Shown here: one piece after another, positions 10,295 through 19,585 of the stretch
Numbering within the stretch: position 1 is the first letter of the stretch
How the letters are laid out: every line of letters starts with the position of its first letter
Origin: Hormoscilla sp.
GTDB lineage: Bacteria > Cyanobacteriota > Cyanobacteriia > Cyanobacteriales > Desertifilaceae
Assembly: GCA_051439505.1 (NCBI GenBank)
Contig: JBFRWI010000145.1
Coordinates: 16,276 to 80,275, forward strand
Length of the DNA stretch: 64,000 bases
Direction: 5' to 3'
Notes under the pieces: generated by a model
Database searches by the model: none
Seen by the model: only the letters and a program-made list of their open reading frames with translations
What the model was told of the DNA's origin: nothing
Translations under genes and position numbers: made by a program

Positions 10295-10323
10295 GATGAT
10301 AACATATTATAGATGTTATCATC
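10295..10323. promoter_or_regulatory. Perfect 11-bp inverted repeat (operator or hairpin)
   Basis: GATGATAACAT-ATTATAG-ATGTTATCATC, located between the two BON paralogs. Confidence 0.45.
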
Positions 10324-10449
10324 CAGAAAAGCTGATGCTACCCTGGAAGCTATGGTTACGGAGATCGGCCTGTTTGGGATACCGGTGGGGGCGATCGCCA
10401 CGAACTGATGGTGCAATTAACCACACATGATTAACCTTTCAGCAGATAA

Positions 10450-13400
10450 TTATTGACCGTTTTCACCGGAGACGATCGGATAAAAGACTACGGCCCTTCT
10501 CAACCAGAGTGGCCCATTCGTATCTACATCTAAAGGGGCATGGGTTTTCCCAACTGCTTCGGTGCGTTTGGGATCGATGCCTTGAGTCTCTAGGATATTT
10601 TTCACGGCCAAGGCCCGCCGCTCTGCTAATTGTTGATTTTCTCCAGAATCCTTGATATTATCTATATAACCGACGATCCGTAAATGCATTTGGGGATATC
10701 GCATCATCAATTCCTTGATGGGGGCGATTTTTATATTTACATCCACGGGTCTGATCTTTGCAGAACCTTTGGTAAAGTAAAGCCTGGTGGTAATTGTCAG
10801 CGGTTTTACTTGAATGGTGTTGGCGATCGACTTAACTCCGGGTATTTGCTCAAATGCCTGGGTAATTTTATGGGCATCATTTTTCTGAATTACAACTCCA
10901 TTTACTATAACTTTACCTGCTTGATATTCAGCGCTAATGTCAATAGCATCCATCTGATTGAGAGTGGCGGCGACTCTACGCACTTCCTGTTCTACCTCTA
11001 CTGGATCTGGAGGAATTTCCACAGCGATGATGTTATTTTCTAATTCTAAGTTGCCAGCAGCTTCCCGGGCGATTTTTTCAGCTTTTTTTTGCAAATACTC
11101 CGAAGGCACCCGTCCTGTTAGTTTCAGCTTGCCGCGATCCACCTCGACATCTAGACGATAAATTGATAAGGATGGCGCTGCTGCTAAGGCATCGCTAACT
11201 TGGGCCGCAAGGCGGCGATCGACTCGATGGCGATGCCAATGCATTCCCCAGGGCACAGTAATTAATCCTGCTATGACTAAACTGAGGGTCAGGACTGTCC
11301 AAGGATATTTTTTACGTTTTGTTAAGCCCGGGTCTGTTGACATTAACCCTTCTAGGAGTTTGTGTACTTGCTGAGGGATGCTATCGGGGTCTCCTTCATA
11401 GGTCTGAATGGGTTTACTGTAATTTTGCAGGATCTCGGAGAATGTTTTCCGCATTTTCTCATAGAAAAAACTAGATGGTTCTCCATCAATAACTACTGCT
11501 AGGTAGCAGTATCCTGCCATTTCCAAGATGATTTTGTTCTTGCCATAGTTAATCTCATCGATCTCCGATACCCGATCGGACTGGGGTAGATATTCGCTGA
11601 CAAAACTGCGGATCGCTGTTAGCATTCCCGCTACCATCTCTGCTTCTAGTCTCTCCTGGAGTCCCGGTTGAATATCTGAGATAATCAGACCTGATGTTTT
11701 TTCAATTAGGAAGATGGCGCGGATGGTAAAGGGCATTTTCTCAGATAGTAGCAGTTCCGCTGCGGAGACTCCCTTAAGTCTGGCTCTAAACTGGCGCCAA
11801 ATTGTCTTTGGCGTTAAGGCATTTTCGATATTTTCGTTGATTTCACGAATCGTTTCGGCGATGTATTTGCTAATGGTACTGCCTATTACTGGATAGAGGG
11901 CGTCGGCCATTGCTGGGTACTCTAGTCTGATCTGCTCTTTGATCGCTGCTGCAATTTCTGGCGCGATCGCCATCGCCACTTCTTCGGGTACTTCTTTAAT
12001 TCTTTGGGAAATTGCTGGTGATATTACTGGGGATATCGCTGCACTCATGGACAGTTTATCCTCTTGCGTCCTGCTCTCAATCATTCTATCTATCACCGGC
12101 GACAGCGCTTTCACGATCTCTTCTCGATCGACCCGATTTTTTTCTCCCACAACCTTAAATATCTCCGGGGCGATCGCCTGCACTACTTCTCTCGGATCTG
12201 CTTTGATATAGTCGGCAATTCCATCTCTTAAAACTGGCGATAGGGCCACATCCATTGATTGTTTATCTGATTGGATGCTCTGCCGGATTGTTTCTGCTAT
12301 CATGGGAGAAAGTGCTGTTATCATCCCTGCGGAATCTATCTCGTTTTGCTGTTCGACGGCCCAGGCCAGTTTTGGGGCGATCGCCTCTGCTAGTTGTTCT
12401 GGAGAGTTGTTGATATATTCGGTAATTGCCCCAGCAAGCAATTCCTTCACTGACCCATCTACCGCTCGCTCTATATCGGCAATTTTGCTATCTATGACTG
12501 ACTCGACGCTGGGGGTAATGGCATTCACCATCGCTTCTTTGTCCAAGCGGGTTTGTGCCGCGATCGCCTGGGCCAGTTCCGGGGCGATCGCGCTGGCGAG
12601 TTCTGCGGGCGAGTTGCTGATATATTCGGAAATGGCGGGATTGAATAATTCTGCGATCTCCCGCTCGATCTCCTGCTTGAGTTCGGGAGTTTTATATTTG
12701 ATAATTAACTCGATGCTGGGCAGTAATACTCTGACCATCTCTTTCTTATTCAGGCGCGTTTGCTCTTTAATTGCGCTTGCTAGTTCCGGGGCGATCGCCT
12801 GGGCCAGTTCCCCAGGAGAATTGCTGATATATTGGGAAATTGCTGCTTTCAGCACCGGGGATAGTGCTGCATCCATTGACTGCTTGTCTTCCGAGATGCT
12901 TTGAGCGATCGCTTCTGCTATCATGGGAGCAATAGCTGTTACCATCGCCTCCGAGTCTAGTTGATGCTGCTGAGTAATTGTCTGGGCCAGATGAGGGGCG
13001 ATCGCGCCAGCGATCTCTGCGGGGGAGTTGCTGATATATTGGGAAATTGCTTCTTTGAGCACCGGGGATAGTGCTGCATCCATTGACTGCTGGTCTTCCG
13101 AGATGCTTTGAGCGATCGCTCCTGCGATCGTGGGAGCAATAGCTGTTACCATTGCCTCCGAGTCCAGTTGATGCTGCTGAGTAATGGTCTGGGCCAGATG
13201 AGGGGCGATCGCGCCAGCGATCTCTGTCGGTGAGTTGCTGATATATTTAGCAATTTCCTGCTTGAGAAAGTCTGACAGCGACCGATCGATTAACGCTTTC
13301 GCTTGGCTTATTTTCTCATCTATGACGGTCTCGATAATTGGGGCCAGGGCCTTCACTATTCCTTCCCAGTCGAGGCGCGTTTGCTCCGAGATCGCTTTGG

Positions 13401-13914
13401 CAATTTCTGGAGCGATCGCCAGGGCAATTTCTGACGGGGCTTCCCTGATATTAATTTTAATTGCTTCTCCTAATAAAGGCGCGATCGCTGCACTCATAGC
13501 CTCCTTATCATTCTCGGTCTTTTTCTCAATGACCCGATCGATGACGAAAGCAAACACCTGAATGATTTCTTCTGAAGCTAGCTGACGAGTAATAGTGTGC
13601 AGGATCAGAGGCACCAAGCTCTTTCTTATCTCAATTGGATCGGGAATTCTCTGTTCGATCTCTCCTACTCTCTGTTCCAACTGATCGATTTGCGATTTTG
13701 GTTCCGAAAGTTCATTCGGTAGCAGTAACTGTCGCAACTGATTTAGTGCATCATCCTCTTGCTGCGCTTTTGCCCCATCTAGCTGGCTATCTTTTCTCCA
13801 CGCCCTGCTCTCCTGGACAGAATGAACCATACTGCCGATCGACCAATTTCCTAGCTCTGGCATCTGGCTGGATTTGCCCGGATCTGATTCTTGGTTATAA
13901 TTATGTCTGGACAT
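10450..13914 (-). CDS. Large membrane protein: 23-aa helical repeats, longin/roadblock-like domain, TM helix, BON x2, OmpA_C-like domain
   Basis: Many xxAIAPx repeats. TM WTVLTLSLVIAGLITVPWG. C-terminal YFTKGSA..IVGYID..NQQLAERRA..RRAV is OmpA-like. Confidence 0.85.
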   Translation of the reverse strand: MSRHNYNQESDPGKSSQMPELGNWSIGSMVHSVQESRAWRKDSQLDGAKAQQEDDALNQLRQLLLPNELSEPKSQIDQLEQRVGEIEQRIPDPIEIRKSLVPLILHTITRQLASEEIIQVFAFVIDRVIEKKTENDKEAMSAAIAPLLGEAIKINIREAPSEIALAIAPEIAKAISEQTRLDWEGIVKALAPIIETVIDEKISQAKALIDRSLSDFLKQEIAKYISNSPTEIAGAIAPHLAQTITQQHQLDSEAMVTAIAPTIAGAIAQSISEDQQSMDAALSPVLKEAISQYISNSPAEIAGAIAPHLAQTITQQHQLDSEAMVTAIAPMIAEAIAQSISEDKQSMDAALSPVLKAAISQYISNSPGELAQAIAPELASAIKEQTRLNKKEMVRVLLPSIELIIKYKTPELKQEIEREIAELFNPAISEYISNSPAELASAIAPELAQAIAAQTRLDKEAMVNAITPSVESVIDSKIADIERAVDGSVKELLAGAITEYINNSPEQLAEAIAPKLAWAVEQQNEIDSAGMITALSPMIAETIRQSIQSDKQSMDVALSPVLRDGIADYIKADPREVVQAIAPEIFKVVGEKNRVDREEIVKALSPVIDRMIESRTQEDKLSMSAAISPVISPAISQRIKEVPEEVAMAIAPEIAAAIKEQIRLEYPAMADALYPVIGSTISKYIAETIREINENIENALTPKTIWRQFRARLKGVSAAELLLSEKMPFTIRAIFLIEKTSGLIISDIQPGLQERLEAEMVAGMLTAIRSFVSEYLPQSDRVSEIDEINYGKNKIILEMAGYCYLAVVIDGEPSSFFYEKMRKTFSEILQNYSKPIQTYEGDPDSIPQQVHKLLEGLMSTDPGLTKRKKYPWTVLTLSLVIAGLITVPWGMHWHRHRVDRRLAAQVSDALAAAPSLSIYRLDVEVDRGKLKLTGRVPSEYLQKKAEKIAREAAGNLELENNIIAVEIPPDPVEVEQEVRRVAATLNQMDAIDISAEYQAGKVIVNGVVIQKNDAHKITQAFEQIPGVKSIANTIQVKPLTITTRLYFTKGSAKIRPVDVNIKIAPIKELMMRYPQMHLRIVGYIDNIKDSGENQQLAERRALAVKNILETQGIDPKRTEAVGKTHAPLDVDTNGPLWLRRAVVFYPIVSGENGQ

Positions 13915-14502
13915 TTTCTCAACCTGTAGATTTCCCTGATATTTAAATCATACGACCTTAGCAAAATTGCTTGCGATCGCTTGATTCCGACCTCCGCTTA
14001 CCAGCTTTTGCTAAAATGTACGACTATTTATAATATAACATCTCTCCTTGGCGATGTCAATGGGAACGGAGAGGATGTTGTCAATTTTCAACTGTCAGGT
14101 AAATTCAAATAATCAACAATTAGCCAGAATGCAGTGATGAATACTGACGATACCTGGGCCAGACAATCGGCAGACAAGCTGACTTACCGATCGCCGAATC
14201 GATCACTATTGCAGCGCGGCAGAAATAATCCACCAGCCGGATAGTGCCTCAAAGCCTTGCTCCAAAAGCATTTTGAATGAGAGAATGAGAGAATGAGAGA
14301 ATTCCGCGCAGCGGCACTACCCTTCCTCTGGACGAATTGGTAGCCCGTATCGCAACTATCATTTCCAACTCTTCGGTATTGGCATTCCGCCCAAAATTAT
14401 TGAACAATATACTGATTATACTTAAATATTCTGTAACTAAATATATAGCATTAATAAATTCGGCCTTGCACAACAACGGGATGATTCCGGTTGCGGGCTT
14501 GC

Positions 14503-14540
14503 TAGCAGCCGGAATCATCGGTGGAGTTGTGCAACGCCAA
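14503..14540. repeat. 38-bp dispersed repeat, probable mobile-element end
   Basis: TAGCAGCCGGAATCATCGGTGGAGTTGTGCAACGCCAA, identical at 27862-27899. Confidence 0.8.
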
Positions 14541-14558
14541 TTATTCTAATTCCGAAGG

Positions 14559-14711
14559 GGGTGTGGTCACAAGTAGTTGCATAAGGATCCCCCCCCAACC
14601 CCCCCCTTCGGAAGGGGGGGGCTGTCTTCGCCCCCCTTTCTAAGGGGGGTTTGGGGGGATCGGTGCGACCGGGAGGGCCGCCCGAACGATCAACTGTTTT
14701 TGACCACACCC
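14559..14711. mobile_element. MITE (family A) with 11-bp TIRs and 9-bp TSD
   Basis: GGGTGTGGTCA...TGACCACACCC flanked on both sides by TTCCGAAGG. Interior is GC-rich palindromes. Confidence 0.9.
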
Positions 14712-14782
14712 TTCCGAAGGTAGATTAGCGATCGGGGATTATTTGCGATCCGATCGAACTCTTGGTCAAGTTTGGGCCTCTG

Positions 14783-15058
14783 CTACTCCAAACGGGATTT
14801 CCAATAACCCGGTTCTCAGTGAAGATGCATTACTGCCAAGATGATTATGTTCTGACATCGCCCTCAATAACAGGATAGCGATTCGGCGATTCCTTTTTTG
14901 ATTTCATCTCGTCGCCGTCTTGCCTCCGTCAGCCAAACCTTTTGAGTATTTTCATTTACATCCACCTCAATACTGGCTAATAGTTTATCTACTAGCTGTA
15001 TTCTCAGATTCTTAGGCAAAGATAAGGCTTCCTGAGTAATTTTATCGACTGTTATCAT
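14783..15058 (-). pseudogene. Decayed addiction-module antitoxin / ParE-type toxin pair
   Basis: Antitoxin MITVDKITQEALSLP..WLTEARRRRDEI runs into toxin remnants RYPVIEGDVR and IIILAVMHLH*EPGYWKSRLE in other frames. Confidence 0.75.
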
Positions 15059-15106
15059 AGGACGTAGGACAGGCGTCTGGCCTGTCCGAATAGTTCGAGA
15101 TCGAGA

Positions 15107-15149
15107 AGTCACCAAACCCAGTTTTTCCCCAAAACCGGGTTTGGTGACT
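15107..15149 (-). terminator. Hairpin just downstream of the lectin-like gene
   Basis: AGTCACCAAACCC...GGGTTTGGTGACT stem starting 3 bp after the stop codon. Confidence 0.5.
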
Positions 15150-15152
15150 ATT

Positions 15153-16001
15153 TTAGTAGATCACCGCGCCTGGTCCTTCAGAGATGCCAGTATCCGGTAT
15201 TTCCGTGTCTCCGGCCCACTCCGAACCATCAAATATATTGCACCACAGCCACCCACTATCCTCTCGGCCTTGATGGAATACGTGTATTTGGTCGTTGTAT
15301 ACTACTGCTGATGGACCAGCCGTGATTCCCGTGTCGGGCACCTTTTTGTCTCCCGCCCACTCCGAACCATCAAACACGTTGCACCACAGCCACCCATTAT
15401 CGCCTCGGCCTTCGTGGAACACGTATATTTGGTCGTTGTATACCACTGCTGCGGGATCGTCCGTCAGACCCGTGCGCTTTACCTCCGTGTCTCCAGCCCA
15501 TTCTTCACCATCAAACACGTTGTACCACAGCCAGCCGCTATCTCCTCGCCCCTGATGGAACACGTATATTTTGTCGTTGTATACCACTGCTGATGGACTA
15601 GAGGTTATCCCTGTTTTGGGTACCTTTTGGTCTCCTGCCCATTCTTCACCATCAAACACGTTGTACCACAGCCAGCCACTATCTCCTCGACCCTGGTGGA
15701 ACACGTAGATTTTGTCGTTGTATACCACTGCTGATGGTCCAGCGGTCATACCTGTTTTGGGTACCTCTTGGTCTCCTGCCCACTCGGAACCATCATACAC
15801 ATTGTACCAGAGCCAGCCACTATCTCCTCGGCCCTGGTGGAATACATATAATTGGTCGTTGTATACCACTGCTGATGGATCTCCGGTCATCCCCGTGTTG
15901 GGTACCTTTTGGTCTCCGGTCCACTCGGAACCATCAAAGGCATTGCCCCACAGCCATCCGCTATCTCCTCGACTCTGATGGAATACAAATATGTTGCTCA
16001 T
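15153..16001 (-). CDS. Six-bladed beta-propeller, lectin-like (copy 2)
   Basis: 6 x 47-aa repeats PSAVVYNDxIYVFHQGRGDSGWLWxNVFDGSEWAGD. GGAGG SD present. Confidence 0.8.
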   Translation of the reverse strand: MSNIFVFHQSRGDSGWLWGNAFDGSEWTGDQKVPNTGMTGDPSAVVYNDQLYVFHQGRGDSGWLWYNVYDGSEWAGDQEVPKTGMTAGPSAVVYNDKIYVFHQGRGDSGWLWYNVFDGEEWAGDQKVPKTGITSSPSAVVYNDKIYVFHQGRGDSGWLWYNVFDGEEWAGDTEVKRTGLTDDPAAVVYNDQIYVFHEGRGDNGWLWCNVFDGSEWAGDKKVPDTGITAGPSAVVYNDQIHVFHQGREDSGWLWCNIFDGSEWAGDTEIPDTGISEGPGAVIY

Positions 16002-16245
16002 TATCTATCAATTCCCTCCAGCTAATGGTTGATATCCAACTTTTCTCACACTGCGATCGGGCAGTTTTGGCCGCCAACTCACTTCAACCCGCAACCACTA
16101 TATTTTGCTGCTGCTGGCCAACTATGAGGGCGGCTCCTACCATTATTAATCCTGAGGTCGTTCTTGCCAATCTCCTCACAGAAACTCCCAAATATACTCT
16201 GCTTGTATAGTTTGGGAATTCCTGATATTTCACGACCAAATCTTC

Positions 16246-17094
16246 TTAGTATACGACCGCCCCTGGTCCTTCAGAGATGCCCGTGTTTGGTATTTCCGTG
16301 TCCCCGGCCCACTCCGAACCATCAAATATATTGCACCACAGCCAGCCACTATCATCTCGGCCTTGGTGGAACACGTGTATTTGGTCGTTGTATACCACTG
16401 CTGATGGTCCTGCTGTTATCCCCGTGTCCGGAACCTTTTGGTCTCCCGCCCACTCCGAACCATCAAACACGTTGCACCACAGCCACCCATGATCGCCTCG
16501 GCCCTCGTGGAACACGTATATTTGGTCGTTGTATACCACTGCTGCGGGATCGTCTGTCAGACCCGTGGCCTTTACCTCCGTGTCTCCGGCCCATTCTTCA
16601 CCATCAAACACGTTGCACCACAGCCAGCCGCTATCTCCTCGCCCCTGATGGAACACGTATATTTTGTCGTTATATACCACTGCTGATGGACTAGAGGTAA
16701 TTCCCGTATCGGGGACCTTTTGGTCTCCCGCCCATTCCGAACCATCAAACACATTGTACCACAGCCAGCCACTATCTCCTCGCCCCTGATGGAACACATA
16801 AAGAAGGCCGTTGTATACCACTGCTGATGGTCCAGCGGTGAGTCCCGTGTTGGGTACCTCTTGGTCCCCGGCCCACTCCGAACCATTATACACGTTGCAC
16901 CAGAGCCACCCGCTATCTCCTCGGCCCTGGTGGAACACGTATATGTTGTCGTTGTATACTACTGCTGATGGATCTCCGGTCATCCCCGTGTTGGGTACCT
17001 CTTGGTCTCCAGTCCACTCGGAACCATCAAAGGCATTGCCCCACAGCCATCCGCTATCTCCGCGACCCTGATGAAACACGACTATGTTGCTCAT
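16246..17094 (-). CDS. Six-bladed beta-propeller, lectin-like (copy 1)
   Basis: Same length (282 aa) and near-identical to 15153-16001. Similar upstream/SD sequence. Confidence 0.8.
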   Translation of the reverse strand: MSNIVVFHQGRGDSGWLWGNAFDGSEWTGDQEVPNTGMTGDPSAVVYNDNIYVFHQGRGDSGWLWCNVYNGSEWAGDQEVPNTGLTAGPSAVVYNGLLYVFHQGRGDSGWLWYNVFDGSEWAGDQKVPDTGITSSPSAVVYNDKIYVFHQGRGDSGWLWCNVFDGEEWAGDTEVKATGLTDDPAAVVYNDQIYVFHEGRGDHGWLWCNVFDGSEWAGDQKVPDTGITAGPSAVVYNDQIHVFHQGRDDSGWLWCNIFDGSEWAGDTEIPNTGISEGPGAVVY

Positions 17095-17854
17095 TATTTA
17101 TTAATTACCTCCACCTATTGGCTGATATGAAACTCATTCTCGATCGGAGTAACTGTTTTACATCACCATTACACAGATCGCTCCTGCCGTCTAACTCCAG
17201 TCATCATGAAATTATTTTTCACCTGTTCTCTAACACACCGTTAGGGCAGCTTTTGTCGCCAACCCCTTGCCGCCTGCAACTGTTAATTCTGCTGCTGGGG
17301 GTTACTGGGGATCGCGACTCCTACCATTATTGTGAACCATGATTTTCTTCATGTCAATAGGTGAAACTACTCATTCTACCTTCTATCTGGACAGCTACCC
17401 CGAACGTAATTCCCGGAGATCCCCTTACAGTCTGTTATTCTGTGAAATTTAATTTTACTGGGGCCCGATCGCCCGTCCGTCCGATGCCATTTCTATTAAC
17501 TTGAGGGGATAATCCTCATGGGCATAACTTAACATATATTCTGAATATTATATCCGAGGAAATTATTTCTGTCAAGGGCAGGTTATACTTTTTTTCAGGA
17601 CTTAACTTGACTCTGCCCCGGGGTCTCCTCAAACAGCATCCCCAAAGGCCAGTGAGAGCAAAATGGCCACTTGACAAGATCTGCCGGTGACGACCTAGCT
17701 CAATTTTGTCGGGTCCTCACTCAGTCCGGCCTCAGTACATTTACTCTGGCCACGGATTTGACTCCGGCCTGGGAGGGACTTTTTCCGGCCTGAGAGTGAC
17801 TCAGATCGCCCTTGGCAATTGTGTTTCAAGTCAAAGCGAAACTTTTTGCCGCCA

Positions 17855-18020
17855 GAGAGAAACTGAGTTACTTCCGGGAATAACTCAGTTTCTCTTGAGA
17901 AGAACTGAGTCCCTCCCAAGAGGAACTCAGTTTCTCCCGGGAGGAAACGGTTACTCCCGGGGAGAACTCAGTCCCTCGCGGGCAGAATTCAGTCCCTCTC
18001 GGGCAGGACTGAGTTATTCC
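17855..18020. repeat. Degenerate 21-bp tandem array with ACTGAGT/ACTCAGT cores
   Basis: Cores at 17862, 17883, 17904, 17925, (17946), 17966, 17987 and 18008. Confidence 0.8.
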
Positions 18021-18188
18021 ATGATAAAATATCTCTATAGTTAAGGGGCGATCGCATTGGCAGCGACCTTTTCAGCCAACGCTGAAAAGGGAGAAAGCCC
18101 TTTGGAGGCGGCATTTTGTCCCGCCAGAGCAACTACCGGGCATCAGGGTCAGTATGTTTACCTTATCAATCGCGAAGAGGATATCTCC

Positions 18189-18851
18189 ATGGCCGACTAT
18201 ATTCCTTCCCCTGACAGTGATTTCAACAACTGGCAAATAAATTTCGTTAACTACCAGCAAGCCAATAAAGCCGAACTTAACGTCAGCGACGAGGAGATTT
18301 CCACTCTCGTCGCCGCTCAATCTCGCTGGGAAACTTCCTACGAAGCTCATCTCAATGCCCAAGCAGCGGCCCAAAGCGCCCGTCAGCAAAAAGACTCGGA
18401 CCGCCAAGCTTGGGAAAACGCCATCCGCAACCAAGTCCGCAAACTGCAAGCTAGCGACACCACCACTAACGGCCAGCGTGCTGCCCTCGGCATCACGATC
18501 CCGGAAAGCCACCGCACTCCCGCTAGCGTCCCCACGACGCGCCCGGTTGTGATTATCGCTGAAAGCAAACCCTTGAGTCACACGGTGCGTTTCTTTGACG
18601 AAACCACTCCTAACCGTCGGGCTAAACCTGCTGGTGTCATGGGGGCGGAAGTTTGGGTGAAGATCGGGGACGCACCGCCGACGAATACGGATGAGTTGAA
18701 ATTTATCGGCCTCGATACCCGCACTCCCTATGTATCGGAATTTGATAGCGAAGATGGGGGCAAAACTGCCTACTATCGGTTGCGCTGGGTCAACCCGAAA
18801 GGAAAGCCAGGGCCCTGGAGCGAAATCGTGGGTGCCCCGATTATGCCATAG
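18189..18851 (+). CDS. Hypothetical protein: N-terminal helical bundle plus C-terminal FN3/Ig-like domain
   Basis: ATG at 18189 after GAGG. MADYIPSPDSDF..W start. C-terminal YYRLRWVNPKGKPGPWSE is typical of FN3-like ends. Confidence 0.75.
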   Translation: MADYIPSPDSDFNNWQINFVNYQQANKAELNVSDEEISTLVAAQSRWETSYEAHLNAQAAAQSARQQKDSDRQAWENAIRNQVRKLQASDTTTNGQRAALGITIPESHRTPASVPTTRPVVIIAESKPLSHTVRFFDETTPNRRAKPAGVMGAEVWVKIGDAPPTNTDELKFIGLDTRTPYVSEFDSEDGGKTAYYRLRWVNPKGKPGPWSEIVGAPIMP

Positions 18852-19053
18852 AAAGATATGTTTGTAGTAAGCACTTTAGTGCTTTAGGAGCGTAAGGACT
18901 AAAGTCCTTACTACGAACCGGCGCGATCGCCTATAATCGGAGAAGAGTGGCCCATTTCGACCCCAGTCAGATCGATATCCAGCAGTTCTCTCTCTTCGCT
19001 GTCAGCCCGCCGGGGGTTCAAACCCTAAGGCTTTTAGCTAAAGTCGGTTAAAA

Positions 19054-19253
19054 CTGATATCTTGCACCATTGTCAATTAGCCCGATAGCCCGCCGTGGGT
19101 TCAAACCCACGGCTAACAGATGAAGTGGGTTAAAACCCACTGGGAGCTTTATCGGGAGGGCATTTGGTCAACTTTTTACCCTCATTCCCGGGCTCCGCCT
19201 GGGAACGAGTTATTGAGGCTCCGCCTCTAGTTGAAAGTGGTGCAAGATATGAG
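19054..19253. mobile_element. MITE (family B) inserted into a REP-like palindrome, 6-bp TSD
   Basis: TIRs CTGATATCTTGCACCA / TGGTGCAAGATATGAG flanked by TTAAAA on both sides. An empty-site copy lies at 37415-37494. Confidence 0.8.
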
Positions 19254-19395
19254 TTAAAACCGACTAATAATATAATGTTAAACTAATAGTAGCTAAGTAG
19301 CTAGACAGTGCGAAATTATTTAAATAACTCTTGTCTGCTAAGGGTTTCAGCGATCTAAAGGCGAGAGGACAAAATTACTCACTTGAACTTGCGCT

Positions 19396-19585
19396 ATGAT
19401 AACTGCGATCGCGATAGAAGGATTCAAAACTTTAGCAAAAGTTAGCTTAACTCTGGGAAACCTCAATTTCTTGAGCGGCACCAATGCTAGCGGTAAGTCT
19501 AACTTTTTTGATGGCCTGCGAGTCTTGCAGGGTATCGGTTATGGATTAACAATAGATGAAATATTCAATGGCAAACCCAAGAGAG
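19396..19585 (+). pseudogene. N-terminal fragment of an AAA/ABC (AAA_21-type) ATPase
   Basis: MITAIAIEGFKT..LNFLSGTNASGKSNFFD (Walker A). Family-like sequence stops at about codon 62, where it collides with an opposite-strand gene. Confidence 0.75.

Noticed and set aside
13955..14020. Possible c-di-GMP riboswitch upstream of the BON/GTPase/DGC cluster
   Set aside because: Only a TTAGCAAAA/TTTTGCTAA inverted repeat is present. The GEMM consensus elements are not recognisable.
14249..14549. Overlapping 89-aa and 70-aa ORFs
   Set aside because: No recognisable motifs, and both run into a dispersed repeat.
17855..18020. Possible CRISPR or mini-array
   Set aside because: The 21-bp period is too short for repeat plus spacer, and the units are degenerate.
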